A program made the translations under genes and the position numbers. This document shows, one piece after another, positions 52,079-60,615 of a DNA stretch of 64,000 nt. How positions within the stretch are numbered: position 1 is the stretch's first letter; every line of letters starts with the position of its first letter. Below the pieces are notes generated by a model. The model had not been told where the DNA came from, did not search any database, and saw only the letters and a program-made list of their open reading frames with translations. This DNA is from an uncultured virus (IMG/VR IMGVR_UViG_3300028888_000009) (Duplodnaviria; Heunggongvirae; Uroviricota; Caudoviricetes): IMG/VR virus record IMGVR_UViG_3300028888_000009, one strand, 5' to 3'.

Positions 52079-52735
52079 TTAATCTGCGACAGTTAATATT
52101 CCACCCCCTGCGGTGTTTCCGTAGAAGCGGTTGGTTTCTTCGCACCAAAGTCCCGCCTCGCCGTTATAGAGGCAAGGGCGAAGAGTGTAGATTGGTGTGT
52201 AGTTGTCGAAGTAATCGTAACTATTCGCGTTTTTTGCCGCATCGTCATAGATACGGATAGCCCCGCTTTTGCCCGTGTAAGGCGTCGCCGTCGATAGCGG
52301 GCGTCCGATGTTTAGCCCGCTTGTCGGTCGTACGCTGCCCTTCGTGTAGTTGACCGCAACAGTATTCCCGTATCCAAATCCCAATGGCGTCATGAATAGA
52401 CTATAGCGCTGGGTTGTAAAAGGAAGAGATGATGTAGACGACAGCGTGCTCGTTGAGTCATAGCGTGCGGAAAAGACCCTATGGTTGTTGTTTGTGGATG
52501 AGTTCATCCACAACGCGAAGACAAAGTTGCTTCCGTTATACGCGGAAAATATGGCCTGTTGGTGTCTTGCCTCGTTGCCAATGGTCACGCGAATTGAGAA
52601 GTCTTCAGGCAAGATGATGTCCGTCTCGATGTACGCGGTGCCGTCAAAAACGAGATATGTATGGAACTCGGGCGCACTTCCACTGCCTTGCGCCTGCATC
52701 ATCCCGCGCCTCCTCAATAGCAATAAGTTACTCAT
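52079..52735 (-). CDS. Tail-fibre-associated lectin-like / receptor-binding protein
   Basis: True start MSNLLLLRRRGMM (ATGA overlap); FDGTAYIETDI...LRPC...GLW...FYGN...G.L beta-rich pattern. Confidence 0.55.
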   Translation of the reverse strand: MSNLLLLRRRGMMQAQGSGSAPEFHTYLVFDGTAYIETDIILPEDFSIRVTIGNEARHQQAIFSAYNGSNFVFALWMNSSTNNNHRVFSARYDSTSTLSSTSSLPFTTQRYSLFMTPLGFGYGNTVAVNYTKGSVRPTSGLNIGRPLSTATPYTGKSGAIRIYDDAAKNANSYDYFDNYTPIYTLRPCLYNGEAGLWCEETNRFYGNTAGGGILTVAD

Positions 52736-53301
52736 GGTCTCGCCTCCCATCCGCTTGGCAGGTCGGCAGGCGACCACACGTTGTTGTCGATGAGGCTGAC
52801 GTAGTGTACGCCCTCGAAGGTTACCTTGTCGCCGATGTTGTAGGCGTCTTGCGCCCCTTGCGGCTGCACCCATTGCGGCCATTCCTCTATGCTCACCTCC
52901 ACGAAGAGGCTCACGGCGGTGTCTGGCGTCCAATCTTCTTGAACGGTGTGCGCTTGGATGACCTTCCACAGCTTGCCGTCGTACCAGTAACGCTCGCCCA
53001 CGTTGACGGATTGCCCCATCTTCGACACCCACGTCGGGAACAAGGCCGCGACGTTGAGCGCGTCCTCGTCGCTGAGGCTCTCGGTGCTGTTTGCCAGCAT
53101 CCGCTTCACGGCTTCCATGACTTCGCCCATGTCGGGGTCGGTCTGCGGCTGCGGAGGGATTACGGGCGGCACATAGGGAAGCCACCCAGCGGCTGCTATC
53201 TGCTCCTCGCTGGGGTTGGAGATCCACACGCCCTCGTTGGTTTGGATGGTGCGGCAGTCCGAAAAGACCTGCCTGTCGCCTATCATTTTGTAGTACATCA
53301 T
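52732..53301 (-). CDS. Tail-associated protein with CBM5/12-like carbohydrate-binding motifs
   Basis: VGERYWYDGKLWKVIQAHT...W.P and AYNIGDKVTFEGVHYVSLIDNNVWSP. Confidence 0.7.
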   Translation of the reverse strand: MMYYKMIGDRQVFSDCRTIQTNEGVWISNPSEEQIAAAGWLPYVPPVIPPQPQTDPDMGEVMEAVKRMLANSTESLSDEDALNVAALFPTWVSKMGQSVNVGERYWYDGKLWKVIQAHTVQEDWTPDTAVSLFVEVSIEEWPQWVQPQGAQDAYNIGDKVTFEGVHYVSLIDNNVWSPADLPSGWEARP

Positions 53302-53317
53302 ATCTCGGTCTCCTTTC

Positions 53318-54919
53318 TTAGTTTTCGATTATTGTGGCGAGGCCGTCCATGACGCTGACCTCGTATGACTTGCTTGCGTTGATTGTCGGTGCTGAGCCGC
53401 CAGCCCACGAAGTGATTGCGCTCGGCCATGTGATGGTTGGTGCGGTCGCTGGTGTCGTGAAAGTCCAGCAGTAGACGTGCGCCACCGTCAAATCGGTAGG
53501 CGTGTTCAAGGCTGGGAAGGTGGTGTCGCCGCTCAGCGTGCCGTACTGGTAGACCTTGTCGGCATCCATAGATGCTGGGATGGTCGAGGCATCCACCACT
53601 GGAATTGGTGTTGCGAAGTCGCTTGCCTTCTTACCGCTGTCCGTGAGGTTGCCGTCGGAGTCAAGACCTGCGAGGTTGCCCGAGGTCGCTCCACCAACCT
53701 TGTCAGCCTTATTTTCAAGCAAATCATCAAAGGCTTGTCCGTTAGGACATAACGACACATATCTCCAATTTTGCGTATTTTCGTTCCACGAAAAAACAAC
53801 GACATATCCGTCGACTTCGTAGTTGTTGAAGTTTACATACCTGCCGTTAGTTGTTGCGATGTAGAAATAGCGGTGGTCATCTCCGAATGTTGGTGAGTCT
53901 TGCGGTCTAACAATGCCTCCATAGAGGCATCCGTCTGCAAACATGGTCGAAAGAATGACATACATACCCCCGCTCTGTACGGGGTTTGTGCTGTTCTCGG
54001 TCGGTATCGCGTCTATCGTCAGCTCTGTCTGCAACCCGAGTTGCGCAGCAGTCTTGTTGCCACTCAGCGTGACATTGTTGATTGACGGCTTGTTTGTAAG
54101 GTCATTATAGTTGGAAGTTCCACCTCCGCCTCCACTTTGGTTTACCCATTCAAGGTCATTGTCGGTATTGCTTTTCTTCGCAAGGACTTGCCCTGTCGTA
54201 CCACCAGCAGGAACCATCTCCGCTTTCGTTGCGAGTTTGTTGGAAGAAGAAGCGTTGGAAGGTATCTTGTCTTCAATGGCCTTGCCTCTGTCACCAGGGA
54301 ATGCCGTTGATGAGGTCTCGCCAAGAGCAAGGCTCTGCGAAATCTCAACGTAAGCACTGCCACTCCAACGATAGGTCTTGTTGGTGTCAAGTGCCACATA
54401 TATCTTACCGCTCTCCCCAGTGGCAGGGAACGAGGCGAGATTTGCATATTCCAGAACGTCGTCAACGTATGAAGGCAACTGCGACTGAGGAACCTTGCCC
54501 CCGCTATCGAGAGTTGCAACACCACCATTTGCACCTTTATCTGTGTCAGGAATAGCACCTACCTCACTTGCTGTATAGACTGGCTTTGTCTGAGCCTTAG
54601 CCCATGAAGGCACCGTTGGGTCGGTCTCGGTCTGCACGGCTGTATCTGCCTTACCCAAAGATGTTTGTACGGCAGACGCGAGGTCGGTCTTCGGGATGCC
54701 GCCAGACGGCTTGGAGTAAGCATTTGCAACCTTTGCTTTCTCAGTGTTGTTGTAGTCATTAGTTGAAAGGCCTTTACCAGAAACCTTATCCACCTTTCTA
54801 TCCACCTCGTCAACGATGTTGTTGAGTACGGTGTTCATCTTCGCGCCAGTGATTTCACGTTGATGGTTGGTGCGTATGTTGTTTGCTATCCAAGTCTTTA
54901 TGTCGGTGTACCAGCTCAT
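53318..54919 (-). CDS. Tail fibre protein
   Basis: Fibre modules KVDKVSGKGLSTNDY, ETDPTVPSWAK, GVATLDSGGKVPQSQLPSYVDDVLEY and YNDLTNKPSIN. Confidence 0.75.
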   Translation of the reverse strand: MSWYTDIKTWIANNIRTNHQREITGAKMNTVLNNIVDEVDRKVDKVSGKGLSTNDYNNTEKAKVANAYSKPSGGIPKTDLASAVQTSLGKADTAVQTETDPTVPSWAKAQTKPVYTASEVGAIPDTDKGANGGVATLDSGGKVPQSQLPSYVDDVLEYANLASFPATGESGKIYVALDTNKTYRWSGSAYVEISQSLALGETSSTAFPGDRGKAIEDKIPSNASSSNKLATKAEMVPAGGTTGQVLAKKSNTDNDLEWVNQSGGGGGTSNYNDLTNKPSINNVTLSGNKTAAQLGLQTELTIDAIPTENSTNPVQSGGMYVILSTMFADGCLYGGIVRPQDSPTFGDDHRYFYIATTNGRYVNFNNYEVDGYVVVFSWNENTQNWRYVSLCPNGQAFDDLLENKADKVGGATSGNLAGLDSDGNLTDSGKKASDFATPIPVVDASTIPASMDADKVYQYGTLSGDTTFPALNTPTDLTVAHVYCWTFTTPATAPTITWPSAITSWAGGSAPTINASKSYEVSVMDGLATIIEN

Positions 54920-54937
54920 TGTATCTTGTGTTTATGG

Positions 54938-55084
54938 TTAATCGAAATCGTCGTTAAAGTCGTCATTGAACTCGTATGTCAAGTATGGTGGAGGCAGAAT
55001 GAATTGGAAACGCATCGTTCTTTCTGCGACCGTTACCTCTATGTTCCTAATAGAACCTACTATACCTATCTCCCACCTTTTCAT
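54938..55084 (-). CDS. Small protein ending FNDDFNDDFD
   Basis: 48-aa ORF translated by hand; fills the gap between neighbours. Confidence 0.55.
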   Translation of the reverse strand: MKRWEIGIVGSIRNIEVTVAERTMRFQFILPPPYLTYEFNDDFNDDFD

Positions 55085-55086
55085 TG

Positions 55087-55473
55087 TTATATCAGTTTGT
55101 TGTTTTCCCTATTGTCAAATGCCATTGAAAAGAGCTTGTCAGAATGGTCTACATTACTCGTGTCGTGTTTGTAGACGGTAATCTCAACAACCACCTTGCC
55201 AATCATCTTCATGCTCTCTTCGTGGTCGATAAGAATCTCGTAATGGTCGTCAACAAATGTCAACCTGCCATCAGAGATACTCCCTTTCGTTATCAGGTTT
55301 CTCTTGTAGTCGTAGAAGGCAACAAGCACATCGTAGCCTTCGTCGATGGGGATTACACCATCCTCATCCATATACTTAAGCTGCAAAGGCACGGTGTCTC
55401 CAGTTTGGAAACCACCGATGTTCTCCATCCCATTGCAACTACCTCCACCATTGCATCCGCAATTACAACTCAT
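55087..55473 (-). CDS. BppU-like Ig-fold tail protein
   Basis: FQTGDT.PLQL...IDHEESMKM.G...VEIT; precedes the fibre gene. Confidence 0.45.
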   Translation of the reverse strand: MSCNCGCNGGGSCNGMENIGGFQTGDTVPLQLKYMDEDGVIPIDEGYDVLVAFYDYKRNLITKGSISDGRLTFVDDHYEILIDHEESMKMIGKVVVEITVYKHDTSNVDHSDKLFSMAFDNRENNKLI

Positions 55474-55871
55474 CTCTCATCCTTTCCGCAATGCTTGCAC
55501 CCATGTTCGCAGATGTCCTCTGCCAACAGGAACGCCGCATCGCCCGATAGATAACCTACCGCTTCGTTATTGTCTAATCCGTAGTATTCGGCAATATGGT
55601 CTACCAAATGCCTTATCTCATGTATCATTGAGTTGATGAACTCCTCTACGCTCGTTGTCCATCCGATATAGATGGTCGTGCGCCTGCCGTTTGAATAAGT
55701 GAAGGCTTGGTTGGGTCTGTTCTCCTCAATCAAGCCGTAAGCCTTATCCATGATGTAGTCATCCGCACCCATCTCCAACAGGCAGTCGGATACCGCTCTC
55801 GCTCCTCCGTCGCCTTCGTCGATGAACACGTCAACGCGCCAGCCTCTGATATGGAGAGTCCTATGTGTCAT
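55470..55871 (-). CDS. Zincin-like (HExxH) protein
   Basis: Start MTHRTL; NSMIHEIRHLVDHI...EAVGYL. Confidence 0.6.
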   Translation of the reverse strand: MTHRTLHIRGWRVDVFIDEGDGGARAVSDCLLEMGADDYIMDKAYGLIEENRPNQAFTYSNGRRTTIYIGWTTSVEEFINSMIHEIRHLVDHIAEYYGLDNNEAVGYLSGDAAFLLAEDICEHGCKHCGKDER

Positions 55872-56287
55872 CAGAGCATATCCTCCCAAATAATCGGAAT
55901 GTTCTTGCCCATGCAATCCATCATGAATCTATTGAACACCAACTCATCATATCCGTCTGGGTCGTCAAGCAAGTTCTTGACGTATCTTGCGACATGCGCC
56001 TCATCTGGAACAGAATCCTCATAGAAATCGGCCTTGCACATGTTGGCGACATACACCTTGTCATAGCCTTTGTCGTTCTCCAAGGTGACTCCGTATCTCG
56101 TCAGCATATCCTCCACTTGCTCCTTAGTCCAAGGCTCAATCTTCTTGTCGGTCTCGTCACGCATCATACCGACAGCCCACTCGCACATCGTCTTCGAGAA
56201 GTGACCGCCATAGGTGGCCATATACTCGTTGAAGCCTTCCGGGTATCGCTGCGCCGATTTGATTTCTTTCATCTGGTAATGGTTCAT
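55871..56287 (-). CDS. Conserved hypothetical phage protein
   Basis: YG.HFSK.MCEWAV...YVANMCKADF...DDPDGY...IIWEDML. Confidence 0.7.
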   Translation of the reverse strand: MNHYQMKEIKSAQRYPEGFNEYMATYGGHFSKTMCEWAVGMMRDETDKKIEPWTKEQVEDMLTRYGVTLENDKGYDKVYVANMCKADFYEDSVPDEAHVARYVKNLLDDPDGYDELVFNRFMMDCMGKNIPIIWEDML

Positions 56288-56358
56288 CGTCCAACTCCTT
56301 TCCGTTGGTCGGGAGAGACAGGGCGACACCCCTACCTCTCCGTTCCAACATCGTAGCA

Positions 56359-56742
56359 TTACATGTAACGGCCTCTCGCGTCACGCATCCTGCGCTCCAT
56401 CATGCGGTCGTCTCGTTCATTCCATTCGCGTCTGTGCTGGTCTCCGTAACCATCCATGCGGTTGCCATAGCGTCCGTACATACGGCTGCCATAACCGTCA
56501 CGCATACCCATGTCGTCGTAACGACGCTCGCCGTACTGCGACTCCATGTCATCGGAGATTTCACACATCTTCTTCACAGCCTTGAAAGCCTTCTCAGCAC
56601 CTTCAACGACCATCTTCATGTCGCCACTCTCGACGGCATCCATGACCATCTCAATGCCTTCCTTGGCTTTCTTGCCTGCTTCCTTGTATTCCTCGACACC
56701 ACCGTTGTCTCGGTTGCCGTATCGCATCATCACATAACCCAT
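56359..56742 (-). CDS. Low-complexity R/G/Y/M/D-rich protein
   Basis: Start MGYVMMR; ends ...ERRMRDARGRYM. Confidence 0.65.
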   Translation of the reverse strand: MGYVMMRYGNRDNGGVEEYKEAGKKAKEGIEMVMDAVESGDMKMVVEGAEKAFKAVKKMCEISDDMESQYGERRYDDMGMRDGYGSRMYGRYGNRMDGYGDQHRREWNERDDRMMERRMRDARGRYM

Positions 56743-56746
56743 AGCC

Positions 56747-57277
56747 TTATTCCTTTCCTTTCTTTGGTGCAAGGGCTTGCTGCAAGAGCGAGGTAAGCTG
56801 GTCAATCTTGGCGTTCTGCTCGGCAATGATGCCGCCAAACTCCTTCTTGATAGCCTCCACCTGCTTCGCGTTCTGCATCTCAGCGTTGCGCACTGGGTCT
56901 CTCATCGTAATCTGCTCGTCACACCACTCAGAGCCTTTCTTGAACTCGTCTTGGTGGCTGATGAGATAGTCGTAGTTCGCCTTCGTTGACTTCAGTTCGT
57001 TCAGCAGGGCATTCTCGTCTTGGCACACCACGATGCCGTTGTCTGCGTTCTCAGCCGCCGTCAAGTCAGCGTAGATGTTGTTGAACACAACCTCTCTCCC
57101 CTGCCATCTCACTCTCATGCTCATCACCTGTCTCGGAGGCATCACCCCTTGAGGCGTGACTTGCAAGTTGAATTGAGGAGTAGGCGGGGTTACCTGAAGC
57201 ACCTCGGCCTGCGTGATTGTGTTCTCCTTTCGGTTGAGAATCTGTATTGTCGCTCCTGCATTAAGTTCCCTTAGCAT
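56747..57277 (-). CDS. Conserved hypothetical protein with a C-terminal coiled coil
   Basis: 176-aa ORF. Confidence 0.65.
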   Translation of the reverse strand: MLRELNAGATIQILNRKENTITQAEVLQVTPPTPQFNLQVTPQGVMPPRQVMSMRVRWQGREVVFNNIYADLTAAENADNGIVVCQDENALLNELKSTKANYDYLISHQDEFKKGSEWCDEQITMRDPVRNAEMQNAKQVEAIKKEFGGIIAEQNAKIDQLTSLLQQALAPKKGKE

Positions 57278-57299
57278 ATTGTTGGATTTTGGTTATTGG

Positions 57300-57932
57300 T
57301 TAGCCATTGTTGGCGGTTGTGGTAGCGGTCACGGGGATACGGGCAGCAAGCGCTGCAATCTGCTGTTGCAGAAGGGCAATTTGGCCGTTGATGGTGTTGG
57401 TCTGAGCCTGGTCACGCAACTGGTTGATGATGTCGTTCTTGGCATCAATCTGCTGCTGCATCTCACGCTCCCTGATTTGGCAGAAGCCGTCGTTCATTGC
57501 CACGGTCTGGTTCTTGATCTCCGAGACGATCTCGTTGGTCTGTTGGCAGGTGGCAAGACGGTTCTCGCAGCAGCACTGGGAGAGCTGTTGGCTCATGGCA
57601 GCGTTGCCTGCTTGGATAGCGTTGGTCACTTGCAGCGGGTTAGTGGCGTTGCTGATGGCGATGTTGCCAAGCGTGGAGTTGATGCCAGCCACTTGCATGC
57701 CGACATTGCCGACAGCGTTCATGATAAGGTCAGCGTTGTTGTTGGCAGTGGCCTGTGCGCCGAGGGCAGCAGCAGCGGCATTGCCATTGCCATTGCCACC
57801 CCAACCGCCGAAGCCGCCACCGAACAAAGCACCACCGAGGATACCGCCAAGGAAGCCAGGGACGATGCCGCCCCAACCACCATAGCCGTAGCCACCGTTA
57901 CCATCGAAATTGTAAACTTGAGGTTGTTCCAT
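57300..57932 (-). CDS. Gly-rich TM / coiled-coil protein with a CCC motif
   Basis: Start MEQPQVY; GFLGGILGGALFGGG hydrophobic segment, QCCCENR, Q/N-rich coil. Confidence 0.7.
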   Translation of the reverse strand: MEQPQVYNFDGNGGYGYGGWGGIVPGFLGGILGGALFGGGFGGWGGNGNGNAAAAALGAQATANNNADLIMNAVGNVGMQVAGINSTLGNIAISNATNPLQVTNAIQAGNAAMSQQLSQCCCENRLATCQQTNEIVSEIKNQTVAMNDGFCQIREREMQQQIDAKNDIINQLRDQAQTNTINGQIALLQQQIAALAARIPVTATTTANNG

Positions 57933-57967
57933 AGTATTTCGGTTTTTCGTTAATAAATAAGGTTGCG

Positions 57968-58014
57968 CAAAGATGCACAACCTTACATGCTTTCAATCCG
58001 TAAAAACTCCGAAA
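57968..58014 (-). promoter_or_regulatory. Late-type promoter 3
   Basis: Minus strand TTTCGGAGTTTTTACGGATT-N19-CATCTTTG. Confidence 0.75.
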
Positions 58015-58028
58015 CGAAACTGTGTATT

Positions 58029-58574
58029 TTACTCCACAGGAGGATGATGTATTATCTCGGTAATACCACGATAACTACTACCTCCACTATATCCTGTCAG
58101 CTGTATGTATGCTTGGTAGTCAACTTTCCCTAAGTTCTGAGAAGTATAGACCGACACATAAACCAAATACCTCCCGCTTTGACCAGGGTCTCCCGTAGGT
58201 TCCATCTGACCCGACCAATCCGCAAAGTCATGATTCCCATTGTGAACGTAATACACCCTCGTTATCTCAAACCTGCTTGCATCCGTTCCTCCAACCTCAA
58301 CCTCAAGGTACTTGCTATTGGTATAGAATGCAACAGACAATCCAACTTCATGGCTCTGCAACTCTGCCTCGTCCTGCAAGGCTTGTACAAACTCTTGCCC
58401 GTTTTGGTTGACTTGCAGATAAGCCTGCCCGCCGTGATCGCCTTCTATGTCAAACTCCTTGTTCCTATTATTACGCCCAAAGTATTCGGCATTGATGGAC
58501 ACACTCAATAGGCCGTCGCCAGATGTATCATTGTGGTCGTCAATGACAACAAAATCGTAAACCGTACTACTCAT
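58029..58574 (-). CDS. BACON/Ig-like virion protein, divergent paralog of 58587-59267
   Basis: Shares DDH...SG.G, Y.GR..R, Q...E(F/Y)VQ, TNS..L and DPG with its neighbour. Confidence 0.5.
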   Translation of the reverse strand: MSSTVYDFVVIDDHNDTSGDGLLSVSINAEYFGRNNRNKEFDIEGDHGGQAYLQVNQNGQEFVQALQDEAELQSHEVGLSVAFYTNSKYLEVEVGGTDASRFEITRVYYVHNGNHDFADWSGQMEPTGDPGQSGRYLVYVSVYTSQNLGKVDYQAYIQLTGYSGGSSYRGITEIIHHPPVE

Positions 58575-58586
58575 AGAACATCCTCC

Positions 58587-59267
58587 TTAATGTACGTTGA
58601 CTTCCCAATTGTCGTTTGACAATACATCCACATCAACACTGGCCTGCCCATCGCTATACCCAGCGGCACTGAAAGTGATTATCTTTGACGACGTTCCTTC
58701 ATCGTCGAGCCATAGATAACTATCTCCAGCAGCTTGTATGATATTGCAAGAACCGGTCACACCCTGTGAGCCAGTAGCCATCAAAGTGCAGTATCTTGAG
58801 TTCATGGTTGCGTTAGCAGCTATGGTAACGACTATGGTAAAAGCAATCTCCTGCGTGGCACCAGGGTCATTTGCAAACGTCTGGCCACTCACGGATTGGT
58901 TGCCTATAGTCTGACCTCCGAAGTTAATGCTGAAATAAGTCGGCAATGTGCCGATGCTATCAGCATCCACCGTCAAGGCAAAGTCAAGTCGTGGCGAGTT
59001 TGTCTTACCAGTAATGGTAATCTGACCTCCTGCCGCCGTTGCTTGGTACGACGCTTGGTTGAACTGCACATATTCTGGTTTAGGTAATTGGATAAACTCC
59101 ACAGTTGCCGTCTTCGGATTTGTTTCAATGGTTGTAATTGTGGTGTAGCCAGTTCGCTGCAAACGGCCTTTGTAGACTCCCTGACAGATATGCGTTACAT
59201 AGCCGTTACCGCTTGTCGCTCCGTGGTCGTCTACAGTCATCCAAGATACATCGGTATAGATTGACAT
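58587..59267 (-). CDS. BACON/Ig-like virion protein
   Basis: SW.TV...SGNG; ITFSAAG...VDV.SNDNWEV; beta-rich. Confidence 0.6.
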   Translation of the reverse strand: MSIYTDVSWMTVDDHGATSGNGYVTHICQGVYKGRLQRTGYTTITTIETNPKTATVEFIQLPKPEYVQFNQASYQATAAGGQITITGKTNSPRLDFALTVDADSIGTLPTYFSINFGGQTIGNQSVSGQTFANDPGATQEIAFTIVVTIAANATMNSRYCTLMATGSQGVTGSCNIIQAAGDSYLWLDDEGTSSKIITFSAAGYSDGQASVDVDVLSNDNWEVNVH

Positions 59268-59280
59268 GTTTTTTTTCTCC

Positions 59281-60141
59281 TTATTGTTGTTGGTTGAATC
59301 TCTCTCCGATAGGCGGGTTCAGTCTCGCATAGTCGGGGTCGATGTAGAACGGCTGCACCGCCATGCGGTCGTACAATGCTGCCTCCTGCGCCCTGCCGAT
59401 GCCCCTAAGCACATTGGCCGTGATTTGGTTGAGGCAAGGATAACGCAAAGGCTCGCATATCTTCACATAGGCACCATCGCCGTCACCGAACTTCTTCGGC
59501 TCGGGAACGTACTGGCCATACATCATCACCTCCACATTCGATGTGCATGAGTAAAGCTCAAGGAACGGATAACCGCTCTGATGCACCAAGGCTCCAACAG
59601 GCTTCGTGTTGGTGCCACGAAGGTATCTGTTGGTCTGCTTGCGGTATTCTGCGCTGTCCTCGTTGACAACGGTCTGAATGGGTCGCTCCCAATCGCTCAT
59701 CTGCAAGGTGATGAGGCGCAAGAAATCGCCAGGCAACGGCATGAGATACTTGTAACTCTGCATCTGCAACTGCCTATCTGGTTGCCCTTCGTTCACTTCC
59801 ACTTCCCAACTCGTAACGGTACGCACAACCACGTTGATAGAGCCGCCCTCGGGAGGGAAGATGAGTGTCTGCGGATTCACATCAAGGACATTCACTTCCT
59901 CTCTGCCATACTCCGCAAACGGCTGGCATTTGTCGTCAAACAACTCACCATCCTTCAGCAACACGTTGGGCGAATCAAGGTGCATCTTGCGCACCGACGG
60001 AAGCACCGATGCCTCAATCTCCTTCTCCAAGTCCTCTACGGCTTGGTCTGAGGCCACAAGCATGGCATCCTCGTTGTTCGACAACTCGTCCAACTTGGCC
60101 TTCACATAATGGAATATGTCGCTGTAAGATAGTTGTGTCAT
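59281..60141 (-). CDS. Head-tail adaptor-like protein with a BACON-like insert
   Basis: VKAKLDE...LPGDFLRLI...MSDWERP...RGT..KPV adaptor-like pattern; internal LDVNPQTLIFPPEGGSINVVVRTVTSWEV. Confidence 0.6.
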   Translation of the reverse strand: MTQLSYSDIFHYVKAKLDELSNNEDAMLVASDQAVEDLEKEIEASVLPSVRKMHLDSPNVLLKDGELFDDKCQPFAEYGREEVNVLDVNPQTLIFPPEGGSINVVVRTVTSWEVEVNEGQPDRQLQMQSYKYLMPLPGDFLRLITLQMSDWERPIQTVVNEDSAEYRKQTNRYLRGTNTKPVGALVHQSGYPFLELYSCTSNVEVMMYGQYVPEPKKFGDGDGAYVKICEPLRYPCLNQITANVLRGIGRAQEAALYDRMAVQPFYIDPDYARLNPPIGERFNQQQ

Positions 60142-60147
60142 GGTTCT

Positions 60148-60537
60148 TTAGAGTTGTAGGTTGGGGAATGACAAGCCAAGTTTGGCAATCTGCGCCTTCA
60201 ATGCGTTGGGCGAGATGACGCTCTTCGGGTTGATGCTGTACTCCTTCTCCAAGAAGGCTCTCGCATCGGCAAGCGAAGTCACGTTGTCTGCCGTCAACTC
60301 GGGTTCTTCCACAGGCTCTTCGATTAGGATTTTGCTCTTGAGGAAGATGCGTTTGCCAAACATGGGCGAGTTCTCAATCACAAACTGCACCAAGGTGTCT
60401 TCCGTGTCGAGCGTGGCGTTCTCGTTGTCACGCATGTTGCCGTTCACGAAGTGGGCATCCACCATGATGTCGCCAAGGCGAATCGGGATTCTCGCTTCGT
60501 TGGCTCTTGTCATATAGGTCTTTCTGTAATGTGCCAT
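60148..60537 (-). CDS. Conserved hypothetical protein downstream of the capsid gene
   Basis: QFVIENSPMF...ADARAFL...LSFPNL. Confidence 0.6.
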   Translation of the reverse strand: MAHYRKTYMTRANEARIPIRLGDIMVDAHFVNGNMRDNENATLDTEDTLVQFVIENSPMFGKRIFLKSKILIEEPVEEPELTADNVTSLADARAFLEKEYSINPKSVISPNALKAQIAKLGLSFPNLQL

Positions 60538-60568
60538 TGTTTCTCTTTTTTAGGTTGTGTGTTTTTTC

Positions 60569-60602
60569 AAAAGTAGGACTGCCCACCGAAGCAGGCAGTC
60601 CT
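60569..60602 (-). terminator. Terminator after the major capsid gene
   Basis: AGGACTGCC...GGCAGTCCT stem with a short T run on the minus strand. Confidence 0.65.
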
Positions 60603-60615
60603 TATCGTATGGAGA

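Noticed and set aside
52736..53227. N-terminal 164 aa of the 382-aa ORF in the track
   Set aside because: It overlaps the CBM-like gene in another frame; the real start is the ATGA-coupled ATG at 52735.
52079..54919. Diversity-generating retroelement or invertible tail-fibre shufflon
   Set aside because: No reverse transcriptase, no TR/VR pair differing at adenines, and no invertase or flanking inverted repeats seen in the window.
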